A model generated the notes under the pieces. That model had not been told where the DNA came from and did no database searches. It worked only from the letters and a program-made list of their open reading frames with translations. Made by a program: the position numbers and the translations under genes. From Vitrella brassicaformis CCMP3155 (lineage: Eukaryota; Protista; Chromerida), in assembly GCA_001179505.1 (NCBI GenBank), contig CDMY01000348.1, positions 43,836 to 107,835 on the forward strand: a stretch of 64,000 nucleotides of DNA, given 5' to 3'. Of this stretch, positions 25,501-37,000 are shown piece after piece. Numbering within the stretch: position 1 is the first letter of the stretch; each line of letters starts with the position of its first letter.

Positions 25501-26059
25501 GTGGAGCGAGGACAGCAAGTCGGCCTTCAACCAGAGCGCCACGTGTGTGGACGCTCAGTACTCCAGCTACGTGGCGCTGACCCCCGCCGACCTGCCCGGC
25601 CTCACGCAAAACATGACACTCAACGGCCGCCTGAGCATGGGCGAGAACATAGCCGACATGGGTGGCATCAAGCTGGCATTCAGGGCGCTCAGCAACGATC
25701 TGACTGAGGAGGAGATGCAGACACGGCCGCTGGAGGGGGTGGACCTGACTGTCGAGCAGCTCTTTTTCGTCGGATGGGGGCAGGACTGGTGTGAGGTCAC
25801 CAGGCCCAAAACGGAGAGAAGGTGAGCAGTGCAGTGCAGCCAAGGAGCATGGATGGACACACAAGGAGCATGCCTGTGCGTGGTTTGTGTGTGCATCTGG
25901 CTGGCATTCAGTCAACTCGGGACTGCGGTTCACTCTCCCGGTCGGTTCCGCTCGCTGGGGCCCATCTCTAACATGCCAGAGTTCGCCGCGGCGTTTGACT
26001 GCCCCGCTGACTCAGTGGTCAACCGACGAGCCAGGCAGGAGGACTGTCAGGTGTGGTGA
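22533..26059 (+). CDS. Secreted M13 zinc metallopeptidase (neprilysin/endothelin-converting enzyme family)
   Basis: Signal peptide MKSLRLLLVCCAFILHLCLSQ. Motifs ADPC...FACGGW, VNAYY, GHELTHGFDD (HExxH), GENIADMGG and HSPGRFR, ending in CQVW*. Multi-exon. Confidence 0.93.
23399..23495 (+). repeat. Intronic (CAGA/GACT)n microsatellite, representative of many intronic (CA)n, (CAGA)n and (GGAT)n tracts
   Basis: Read directly; similar tracts at 3391-3449, 5815-5875, 6700-6760, 53450-53470 and 59765-59808. Confidence 0.9.
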
Positions 26060-26867
26060 GCCGGCCCGGCCCATGGGCGGGCGGGCGGTGGTTTAGTTGG
26101 TCCTCTTTTTTCGGGGCTGATTACCACACCGTCGGGGCGCGTTAGTGGGAAGGTGGCTTTATCGATCCCTGATAGTAGGGAGGGTGGCGGGATGTGGTCG
26201 TGTGTGTCCCCTTGGTCTTATGGGTGGGCCGTTTTATGGTGTGGTCCTTCAAGTGAGTTCCTTGTTCCCTTGTATGTATGTGTTTACCGCGTGTGGTACA
26301 CGCGCTTCGTTATCGCTTTATTGATTGATTGATGGATTGAAGGGGCTGCCCTGCCCCCACTTGTGTGCGGATGGATCTGCAGACACACACAGAGATGACT
26401 TCGTTGCGCCTGCTGTGCTGCCTGGTGTGTGTGTTTTTTCCACTGCTGGATGCCGAGCCGAGGCTCACGAGCTATACATAGCAATTGTGCACCTACACGC
26501 AGAGTGATGTGGTGTCCGCCTGGAACTCAATGCATTGCAATGCACTCATTATTATTCTTCTGCCTGCTCGAGTGCGATTTGTGCGTGGACGTCGTTGAAT
26601 CGCTTAACGGCATTAATGGTGATGAGAGACAAATAAGGTCTGTACAGGCACGCACAAGCTGATCAATGAGATGGGCCACACCGACCGACAAGCTCTACAC
26701 TCACACACGCACCCCATCTGTCTACCGCACTTCATGAATTCCACACTCTCACAGACACATGTGATGGATGCATCTCTCTACACACAACACACGACGCCAT
26801 GCACTCACTGACACAATGTTGCCGAACCGAAAGAAACATGTGTATGGCCGCCGGCCCTGTCGGCGTG

Positions 26868-29293
26868 TCATGAGCAGGCCTCTTCCCTTCCCGTCGCTCC
26901 GCCGAAGACTTTTTCAGACATGATGCTGGGCTGCGGCACTGTCGTGCCGGCGTCGATGGGCCCCGCCCTGGCCCTCACACGGTACCACACACACTCAGAC
27001 ATCACCACCGGCAGGGGCATAATCGTCTCGAACCGTGTCTTGGGCACCTCGATAATCTTTCCCTCGTCACTGCCGTCTGCTGCCGTCGATCGGAAGACCT
27101 CCCACGACACCACATTGGTGACGCCGTTGTAGCTCACGTGCAGCTGATAGGGAAAGGGCACGTCGCGGTTGAGAACCACGGTTGGGGGCTGCTTCGACCG
27201 GCCCCACCACGGCTGCCGCGTGACGCGATATGCGCCATAGTCCTCCTTGAAGGCCATCTGCAGGAGGACCTCGTTGCGGTGGCCGTCGAGCTCGGTGAGG
27301 AAGGGGAGCGTCGGGTAGATGCCCAGGCCGCCCCAATTGATGACCGTGTTGCCGTTGTCTCGCCGCTGTACACTGCCCGTGGCAATGCCGTAGTAGTCCT
27401 GATGACACACGAGACATACACCTATGCTGTGCAGGTGAAGAGTTTCTGTATCCGCGCGTGTCACGCGCACCGGGTCATGTCTGTACTCCCACACTTTGTG
27501 CGCCACACGATTTGTCTCGTCGACGGCGTACTCGACGGCCCTGCTGTACTTGGGTATGAGCATCCGATGCACTCTATGGTATCTGCTCTTCTTGTTGCCG
27601 TTGTCGAACATCGTCACGTGGAAGGATGCCGTGCTGTCGATCGTCCGGTTGGCCGTCCTCCTCACGTGATGCGCAGTCGGCGGGTGCACACGCGCGTCGT
27701 GCTGGTGCCTGAAAGGCCGGCCATCGTAGTCGATGTCCTCCCTGTCGAAAGCGAAATCGCCATGGACGCCTCCCAGCCGCCAGCAGACGTCCATTGTGGA
27801 TCGGTCGACCCGGATGAGCTCGTCTCTGTGTCTGAATGAGAGGAGGATGTCGCCTGTGTGGTCGGGCATGAAGTCGATGGAGTTGACGTGCAGGGCGTCG
27901 AAGCGGTTGTATCGCTCCGATACGTTGGAGGTGCTCTCTGCGACGAGGCGGGGAAGGGGGAAGGCGTCCCAAGACCGCCACTCGTTCAGCACGTTGCCCG
28001 AACCGTCGACCTCTTGAACAATACTGCCTGATGATGCACATGGATGGCCATTCATCAATCAGGAAGGAGAATGAGGAGTATATATCCACAACGAGCGCAT
28101 CGATCGCACAGCCGCTTACCGACGACTTTGGTGTCCTTCTTGCCGTGCTTTGTGTCGTATCGCGTCATATCGACGGGCTGCTCGTCGTATATGACGCACA
28201 CGAAGCTGCCGTTGGCGAACGCCTCTATGCCGTGTGAGTTGATCTTGTACCCATGTTGGGCCTGATACCTCTTCGTCGGCTCATAGAACCTGTCAAGGCC
28301 GATATAGTATGACCACGGCACCCCGACGTAAGTGATGTGGCCGTCCCTGTTCACCCGCCAATCCACGATTTTCTCGTTGGTGCCGAATGGCTTGTAGAAG
28401 ACGGGGTCGCCCGTCTCGTCCAGAATCAGCCCGTAGCCCACATATTTCTTGTCCGGCTCCTTGTTGGTGCGCATGAAGAGGGTCCCCACAAAGATGAGGT
28501 CATCTTTCCCTGTCGACTCGGAGGCGGGGAAGGTGACAGCGATCTTAGGGAAGTCGGCAGGCAGGGTGCGATAAGACGGGTCAGGTGCGATGTAAGTGAG
28601 GTCATCGTTCGCCTCGTCCGCGAGGGCCCTCGACGTGGTCTCCTCCTCCACTCCATCATCCCCATCGGCATCCTCATGGTGCACCAGCTGCCTATCGAAG
28701 TCGTGGTCATAGTCGTGCAGGTCGTATCCTTGCTCCATCTTCTTGATCCAGTACTCCTTGATAGGCATCCGAGATATGTAAAATGACCACTCGTACTCAT
28801 CCAGCACCCTGGAACGGCCATCCTCCAAAGCTGTCAGGCCCTTGAGCACCTTGACGTACACCTTCTCTCCAGGCACGAAGGGGTCCCTCGGCCGGAACAG
28901 CACAGTCTTCTGGTCATCCCCCACCCTCAGCTCCCCCTTGTGATGGTGTTTGCCGCTCTTGGATCCCGTCACTTCAAAATAGTACGATGCAGGGCCGAGT
29001 GGCGTCTGGATCAGGCTCCCCCGCCTCACCGCTATTGTGGTGAAGGCCGACACCAGCATGGCGTTTGGCCGCGGGTTGACGTATTCGAAAGAGCCCCATT
29101 TTCTCTTGCTATTGTTTTCGTTGCCGCAGGCTGCTCGTGTTGGAACCAGGCCCAGCAGCACGCAGAGGATCACCAGGAGGGACGCCAGGAGCGCCCGCGC
29201 GCAGAATATAGAGGGGAGGCGGGCTGAAGTAACACGGTCATCCTCGGGGGGTCCCGGTGCGTCGCTGGGCTGACTCGACATCGTCGCTTCCAT
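26868..29293 (-). CDS. Arylsulfotransferase (ASST-like beta-propeller) with N-terminal signal/TM segment and Ig-like domain; 3 exons
   Basis: Motifs YRTLPADFP, INSHGIE, SIVQEVD...VLNEWRSWD, LHVNSID, ILLSFRH, RHQHDAR, TMFDNG, SRAVEY, GSVQRRDNGNTVINWG, YRVTRQPWWG and VSYNGVTNVVSWEV. Introns at about 28028-28119 and 27400-27470. Confidence 0.85.
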
Positions 29294-29436
29294 TATTGCT
29301 TACTGTTTCGGACGTTTACATCTCCAAGCGTTCGCTCGTTCGCTCCCCGGTGCCTGCCCCGCATCGAGGAATCCGTCACTCTCCAGCCCCTGTTGTCCCC
29401 AAGAAAAACATTGAGCTTCCGACACTGGCCGTGATA

Positions 29437-30626
29437 ATGGACGTGAGGCCTTTCACCCTGCGCATCGGCCTGTCGCTGCAGCTGCTGGCCTTCCTCCTGT
29501 TCAATACCATCGTCTGGCCGCTGCGAGGCCACAAATTCATCCAAGGACTCTCCGCGTTCGTCCAGAAGAGCTACAGCTCCAGGCATGGGCGCATGGACAA
29601 GAAAACACAAGAGATCACGTCAACGCATAGATCTCAGCATCCCTCCGCCGCTTCTTTGCACTGTGCTTGTCAGCGACTTCACCGATGCCGTGGAGGAAGC
29701 CGTGGAGCGCGCCGTCGGTAACTTCAGTCACACACATGGCAGGCAAAGGGATGCATTCGACATCTCATTTCTGTGTAAAACGATGCAGATCTTCGCGCTC
29801 CGGTGTTGGTGATATTGTTGGTCATGTTGGGTGGAGCCATCTTCCTGGCGGCCTTCCAAGCCTACCTGCACACCGGAGAGAAAGCCAACAAGGGCATGGC
29901 AGCGGTGCGGATGAATCAGTGATGGTGCATGACACCGCTTTGCTGCTGCTGTATGTGTGATGGTGTATTTGATGTGCAGGGCGGCAAACTGCTTGGCTAT
30001 GCCGTCACGCTGGACCTGCTCGCAACGACCGGTGCCTTGGTGTTCTGGGGCACCATCGTGAAGTTCGCCGGCGGCGAGGCGGATAAGGAGCTGATGCAGC
30101 TATTTCTCTCAAGCGGGGAGGTGTACACCGCCTACTTCACTGCATTTGTGAGCGGGCGAATGAGCGAACACATACATATGTTGGTTGGTCTTCCTCTGCG
30201 GCTGTGCGTGTGATATGTTCAGGTGATTCGGTCGGTCTCGGTCATCATATATGGGGTGTCGTTCTTCCTTCTCGAGTGGAACTGCCCCGACACCACCGGT
30301 ATGCCCCTCGCATGGACCATCGCTACGTGCTACAAGCTGGCCGGCGTCTGTGGTCTCATCAATGCCATGCTGCCACTTCTGTCGGCATCCTTCGGCCTCT
30401 ACATGGCCATGCTGGTACGAGAAAAGTCGTGATAGCAACAACAATGGATGTTGTGGCTCAATATTTCACACAGGCCCTGTACGGTCTGGGGCTGCTGGTG
30501 GCTACGCTGTGGTCGTACCTTTATGAACCGTCACTCATCATCCCCAAGTTCAAGGGCGACGACATGCTGGTGGAAAACACGACGACCAGCACCATGATGA
30601 TGACCCCCATGCCGATAGTCGGATAG
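29437..30626 (+). CDS. GAPM: GAPM-family multi-pass inner-membrane-complex protein (glideosome-associated protein with multiple membrane spans)
   Basis: The spliced product contains TLRIGLSLQLLAFLL, GGAIFLAAFQAY...KGMAAGGKLLGYAVTLDLL, IYGVSFFLLEW...WTIATCYKLAG and LWSYLYEP. These match apicomplexan GAPM patterns as I recall them (RAGSKLL..AVTLD, FFLLE...KLAG, W...EP). Confidence 0.72.
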
Positions 30627-31036
30627 ACTTGTTTAGAGAAGGGCGGGAAGGCGGGGCTGTGCGAAAGGCATGGGTGGCGGTAGTTTCTCAAACATGGATG
30701 GCCCTCTTTGATTCCCTTTGTACAGTTTGGTCCATGGACACAGTTTTTAGATGCCTGCAAGAAAAGAGTGGGGTGACAAATCAGTCAAATGGACGCACAT
30801 TGAAGTCTCATAGCATCCCCTACGAGCTCTAGAAGCTACATATACAGCACAGAGCAGCGATCCAGCTAGCTGCGTAAAAAAAAACTACAGGGCACCGACC
30901 ATTCAGGCCAGCAAGCCGCTGACGCTTACATGCGATAGCCACATCTAATTGTTGCCGACAAAAAAGCAGAAAGCCATGACAGAAACAGGGTGGGTTCATC
31001 GGACGAAAGGCATCCTCACCCACCTCTGTACACACT

Positions 31037-34000
31037 TCAAGCGAGGTTGCCCGTCATGGATCGTCCAAACGTCCTGCTCATCTTAACGGATGTGCTTTGC
31101 GTGTCCTCCGCACCATCCGCATCTCTTTCCCTGTCTCTCTCCCCCGGCCCTCCCCGGCGCGTCTCCCTCTCTTCGCCCGCGTCTCGCAGAGTGCCGTCTG
31201 GTGCAGCCACCCACGTAGAAGCCGAAGTGAATCCAACATTGACATTTGTGCGATCCTGGCCGCCATCCCTCCTGTCTCCTCCCGCCACCTCGGAGACCTC
31301 GGGGCCTCTTTCCGAGTGGCGGTGGAAGTGTCGACTGGAAACCACAAAAAATGACAGCACGTCGAAGAGAACCAAGGCGCTCGCGGCGTCCGGCAGTGTC
31401 AGGCGGAGGTCGATGTACAGAGGGTGTTGGGGGCCACCTGGGAGCCTTGAAGTCCTCCTGCCGTGTCTCGTGTGTGCGCTCTGGGGTGCCATATCTATAT
31501 GTCCCGTGTCCAGTGCGGGCCGGCCTCTGAGACGTCGGCGGCGCGCGCAGCAGAGGTAGTTCCGGCAGTGGCGGATCAGAGAGCGGCACAGTCTGTTGAG
31601 GGACCAAATACAAGTGGCAAAGGACCGCTGCCATTTGGTGCGCTGCGAGCGAAATACATGAGGGTACATGAGCATGACTGAGACATGTCTTTTGTGTCCG
31701 TTGCCTACTCGCTTTGGAGGTATGATGACAGCTCTCGACGGCACTTTGACCTCCCCAATGTCCCTCCCTGCCGTCCCAGCGGACGCGACCCGCGTCATGG
31801 TCCTGAAGGACTTGGTCAGCGCCGACAGTAGCCCCTGGCCCCTCCGATCCAGCAGCCCCTCGCCACCAAACGACTTGCTCTTCCTCGGCAGAATGTCGAT
31901 CGCCACCCCTGACACTAAGCTGCTCTCAGTGGGTGACCCGCTTTCGCTCCGGTGGTCGCTGCCACTGGACTGGTCACCGTCTGAGAGGTGCGCTGGGAAG
32001 CCGTAGTTGTTGAGGAAGTTGCGGCCGGGGGATGGGGCGCCGATCGTGTCGATGTCGGTGCCGCTCCATCCACGAGTCCAGGCCGACGCGCGACCGCCTG
32101 CAAAGAAGGGGTGCTGCGGCATTGGCTGCTGGGCATCAGAGGAACCGGCAGACCGGCGTGGGTCTGTGTGTCCGAACGAGACGTAATCGTCGTAAGAATT
32201 GGTAAATGTCGCCGATCGGTGTCGCCTGCGACGGGGTTTTATGGCGGTCGTCATGGTGCGGAAGAAGCTGGCCCTCCTCGAGTGCAGCTTGTGGACTGCG
32301 ATCTCTGTCTGCTCCACCTGGCTGGCGAAGAAGCGCTTGATGTTCTTGAAAAGGCGGGCGGGCATCTCTTGCGAGTTGTGGACCACGAGTCTCAGTGTCA
32401 CGGGCGCCTCTTGTCCCCTGACCGACCCCTCGGAGAATGAATCATCATCGTCCCTCAAGAGGCTGAGCCCCCTCCTTTTGCCGATCCGCCAGCTGGCATC
32501 CCTCGGTCGGTGCGCGAGCATTTCAATTCGCACCACGTCGCCTCTCGGGCAGACCCACGCAAATCGGTCGTTCTGGAAGGCGAAGAAGTGCCGCGAAGTG
32601 ATGACGAGCAAGCCCTTGGTTGTGCCCTTAAGGTTCTGATCGGGGCTGTACCAAGGCAGGGCGGCGGAGGGCAGAGGCAATGTGGATGCGACGGGAGGCT
32701 GGGGGAGAAGGGGGAGGGGAAGCGCGTAGAGGATGCTGACGGTTATGTGACCTTGAAGGGCCGATGCGAGGCTGTCCACTGCCTGACCTTCATACAATCC
32801 GTATTGACCAAGACGTCTCCCGGTGCCGTACGTCCGCACAGGACGGCTGTAACCTGATGCGTCTTTGGTGTTGGAGAGTGAGTTCCTCACTCCTGCCGAG
32901 ACACCTTGTAAGAACAGCAGAATGCCACCGAGTATCGCCACACAGAAGCGCCCAAAGCCCTTGACCACGCCCATGGGCAGGTGGACAACACTGCCACCCT
33001 GCGGTCGGACTACTCGCTTGTAAGGTATCACGACCAGACTGAGGAACGCAGCTACGAGACACTGCAGCAGCCCCTGCACGGCCCGCAAGACGCCATCCGC
33101 GACATTTTCCGGCTGCTCGATCGCCACCTGGCTGATGCGGAACCGTCTCGGGACGACGGACAGGGTCTTGTCCATGTTGACTGCACGGTCGAGGACCTTG
33201 TAGAGCGAGCGAGTGATGCGCGAGAAGGAATCGAACAGGCCAGCGATTATGGCGACGATAAGGGCCTTGAGTCCTCTTCCAAGGCCGCCGATGAACTGCT
33301 CTGGGCCCTTAAGAATGCCCTCGTAGGGCTCTTTGACGAGGTCGAAGAGCCCCTGCAATATGCGGATCATGAGGCCCAGCGGATTGCCGATCAGGTCGAT
33401 GGAGCCGAGGACGCGAGTGAACTGGCGCCACCCCTGTGTGCCGTATGTGGACGACAGGTCCTGGATGAGGTCGCTGGTGGTGACGTAGACCTGCTCCTTC
33501 TGCACCTCACGAAAGTAAAGGGGCGATTGGCTCAGATCGGTGAGGCGGCCTGACATGAGCTCGAAGTAGCGGATGAATTGCCAGTCGCGGCCGCTGTCGA
33601 CTGTGCTGACTCTGACATACATAGGCATATAGAGAGGGGTATTAGCCTTTGGTGGCTTGTCTTTTGTTGTCACGAACGACTGCATACCGTGAGTTTCTGA
33701 TCGATAGCACCACCAGGATGGGATCGATGAACAAGGTTTGGATGTACAGATACCGCGACAACGGAGACGAGGTAGGCGGGCTCGGCGCCTCGATCAGTTG
33801 CCTGAATGCCTCGCTCCTCGGAGGTCCTTTGGAGCTGTCTCCATCGATTTGGCTCTGGCGAACCCTCAGAATCGTCTGCGTGCGCACGTAGGGGATGTTG
33901 AACTTCTTTGTCAGACCCAGGAAGAAGCTGAGCAGACCCAAGACAGCGTCCTGCTCGACGTTAATGGCCAGTGGCTTGAGGCTGCAGTTGGCGTAGCGCA

Positions 34001-37000
34001 GGATGAGGGCCGAGTTGTGGTCTTTGCCCTTCGACAGGAACATGGACCTGCTCTCCGCGCTGACGCCCCACTCCATCGACAGGAGGGGCCCCCCATCTGC
34101 TCCATCCTCAGCCTCTCTCTTGGCCAAGAAGCTGCCCTCTCTGTTGCTGCCCATAGACGTCTGCCGCAATGGCGCGGTCGGGGCCTGTCCACCCCAGAAC
34201 AGGCTGCTGGACACCGTTTGCTCCATGTATGGGCGCAGGAATGAGGGAAAGTAGGCATTACGGACGCGATTGTCGATCTGGATGCTGTCTACCGATGCCC
34301 GCCATGCCGTGCCGTCCCGCTTGCCCTTGCGTACCACGTATAGCTCCACTCCTGTCGCCGCAGCGTATGCCAGCTCTCGTGGAGACTCTTCGTTGAGGGA
34401 TATGCCGATGCCCCTCAGTCGACACTCAATCTCGAACGAGTCCCACACAGTGGGCCGCTGGGATTGCTCTGTCTCCATGTCTGTCTCGCCTTCTGTTGAT
34501 GGCCGGGCCAGTAGGTTCCTGCTCCCTCGTGACAGTAGGTCTGCCTCCGTCTCCCTCGTGTCGTCACGCCGACTGGGCGACCGCAGCCGACCAGCCATCA
34601 GCCGAGACAGCCGGGATGGAGATTTGCTGCCGTCCCTCGTCGTGTAGCTGCGCTTTATGCTCCTTTTGCGGGCCCTTGCCGTGTCCCTCCTGTGGCTGGG
34701 ACCTCTACTGGTGTCGCTGAGGTTGCCGCTGAGGCCTCGGCGGCTGGGCCGCCTCGACTCGCTGGACATCTTCTTCTGTGAGGGCGCGGGGGGCAGAGGG
34801 GCCTGGGATCGGGAGCTGGAACGACTTGCGACTTCGCCGCTTCGTGGCGAGACAATCGCCGTCTCTCCCCATTGTGTGGACGCATCCTCTGCACCCTTCT
34901 CGAGATCGACGAGGGACTGGTCTTCCTCCAGGTCATCCCATGCGTCAGAGAAGTACTCCTCCTCATCATTCTCGTCGTCCTCGTCTCCCTCGAGAGTGTG
35001 CAGGTGGCCGTACCAATACCGAGCCACAAACGCGAAGGCGGGGTTGGGCTCGACCTGCCGGGCACTCAGCAGCGGCGGCAGGTCAACGCCGCCAGTGGCG
35101 AGCGAGCGGCCGCCAGGCGTTGCCGTCTTCTGTGAAGGGGAATCGCCGACAGCGTCGTTGATGGAAGTGATGGCTCGCGAGTTGCCGAGGCTGCGGGTTG
35201 TGGCTGACTGGCGCACAAGATGGGACCGTTGATGATATCGCGATGAGTCGGTGAACTCGACAATGCGAGTACCTTCACGGACATAGGTCATGATGTATAG
35301 CCTGCAGGAGAAATGGCGATTGTCGCTTGTGTCTCCGCTCCATGTGTGTGCGCATCCGATTGTCAGTGCCCGCTCACTTGTCCTGTCCGATAGCCAGCTT
35401 GGTGATGGTGTTGATCTTGCTGATCGCCAGAGTGGTGGGATACGTCTCGGGCCGCACCTCAGCCGATGCCCTCCTCCTCTCCCCCGCCTGTGCGACTGCG
35501 TCTCCCATCAGTGCCGCCAACCCCCTCCGTGAGCGTGTCATTTCCCTGACCAGGGCAAATGAGCGATCACCGACGTGATGTGTGGGGACCTCAACTGTGA
35601 TCTTGAGCAGCTTCCTCAAGCTTTGTGGGTCGTGCCAGGCGTAATCAACGCGTGAATCGGGAAGCAGCAATTCAATTGCATCGGCCACACGAGCACCCAT
35701 CTGACAGGGACACAACGGGAAACATGTCGCATGGAATCGCTGCGGAACGATGCAGTCTTGCATGTGCGAATTGGATTTTATATGGCGAGTTGTTGAAGAG
35801 CTTGAACTCGGGGATGCGTGGCTTGCTGAATCTGAACACATGTACACATACACGTCCTCATCAATGCAAAAGAAACGTGCACTCGAAGTTGGTGCATGGA
35901 TGTACCTGACAAAGATGGCAGCCGACTCCAAGACCTGCACCTCCACTTGTGTGATGGTATACAGCTGTGTCATGACCTCTCCCTCCGGCAGTCGCACCAG
36001 CACACTGCCCTTCTTCTTGCGTCCCGCAGGCTGATTCGCCTTCATCATGTGACGGACCTGGAAGCTCGCTCGCTCAGAGATGGGGAACTCTGACGAGTAG
36101 AAGGTCTCTTCTTTGAGGCCCTTCTGGCCTTTTTCGGCCATCATCAGCATGATGAGGGACGGCGATCGCATCCTGTGAGTGGACCCCTTGCGGAGGTTCA
36201 TGCCTCTCGGCGTCCAGGGAGACGCGATAGGGTTCTCCGGGTCGACTAGTGAGATCAGCAGCTGCGGGCCGGCGCGAGAGATTGGCTGTTGTGGATGCAG
36301 GACCATCATCTGGTGGGCCGTGAGACGCACAGGCTTGCCACTACCCGCCTCCTTGAACCACAGGCTCTCGCTCATCTCGTTGACCAACGTGAATCGCGCG
36401 AAGAGGTCGACCACCTTGGTGCGGAAGAAAGGCGGAGGCGCCAGCTTGACGCGCATGCCGAGCCAGATCGCTATCTGGTCCTTGGTCCGGGGGATCACGA
36501 GCTGGCCGGACGCCCCAACAGCATCGATGGAGAAGCCCTGGGACATGTCGGCTTCGATTGTCAGGCCGACACGGACCTTTGGACCGATCGTGGCACAGAG
36601 TATTCTTCGCGTCTTGGACGGGATCCGCTGACTCTTCTTCTTAGTCCCGACGCGCACATCGACACTCTGCCGGTTGACGATCCAGTGGGGCGAGAAGACC
36701 TTAATGGACCTTTGGCAGGTGTCCCAGTGGAACACCGAGTAGGCCGACAGGTCGCCTGAGTGCGCTCCGTACTCCACGCCGCCTCCCTTGCCCCCTTTGC
36801 CATCCTTGCCGTCGAACTTGGATTCAGCAATAGCTGGAGCGATCTCACACGCCATTTCGACCGTGTCTCCGTCATCCTTCGCGTGGCGGAACACGAGAGG
36901 CTCCGTGCGGCTTCTCTCTGCGTCGGCTATGTCACGCGGGCGTCGTTTGCTGATTGACGGACCCGCCGCGTGAGATGATTTGTACTCGAGCTGGACGTTG

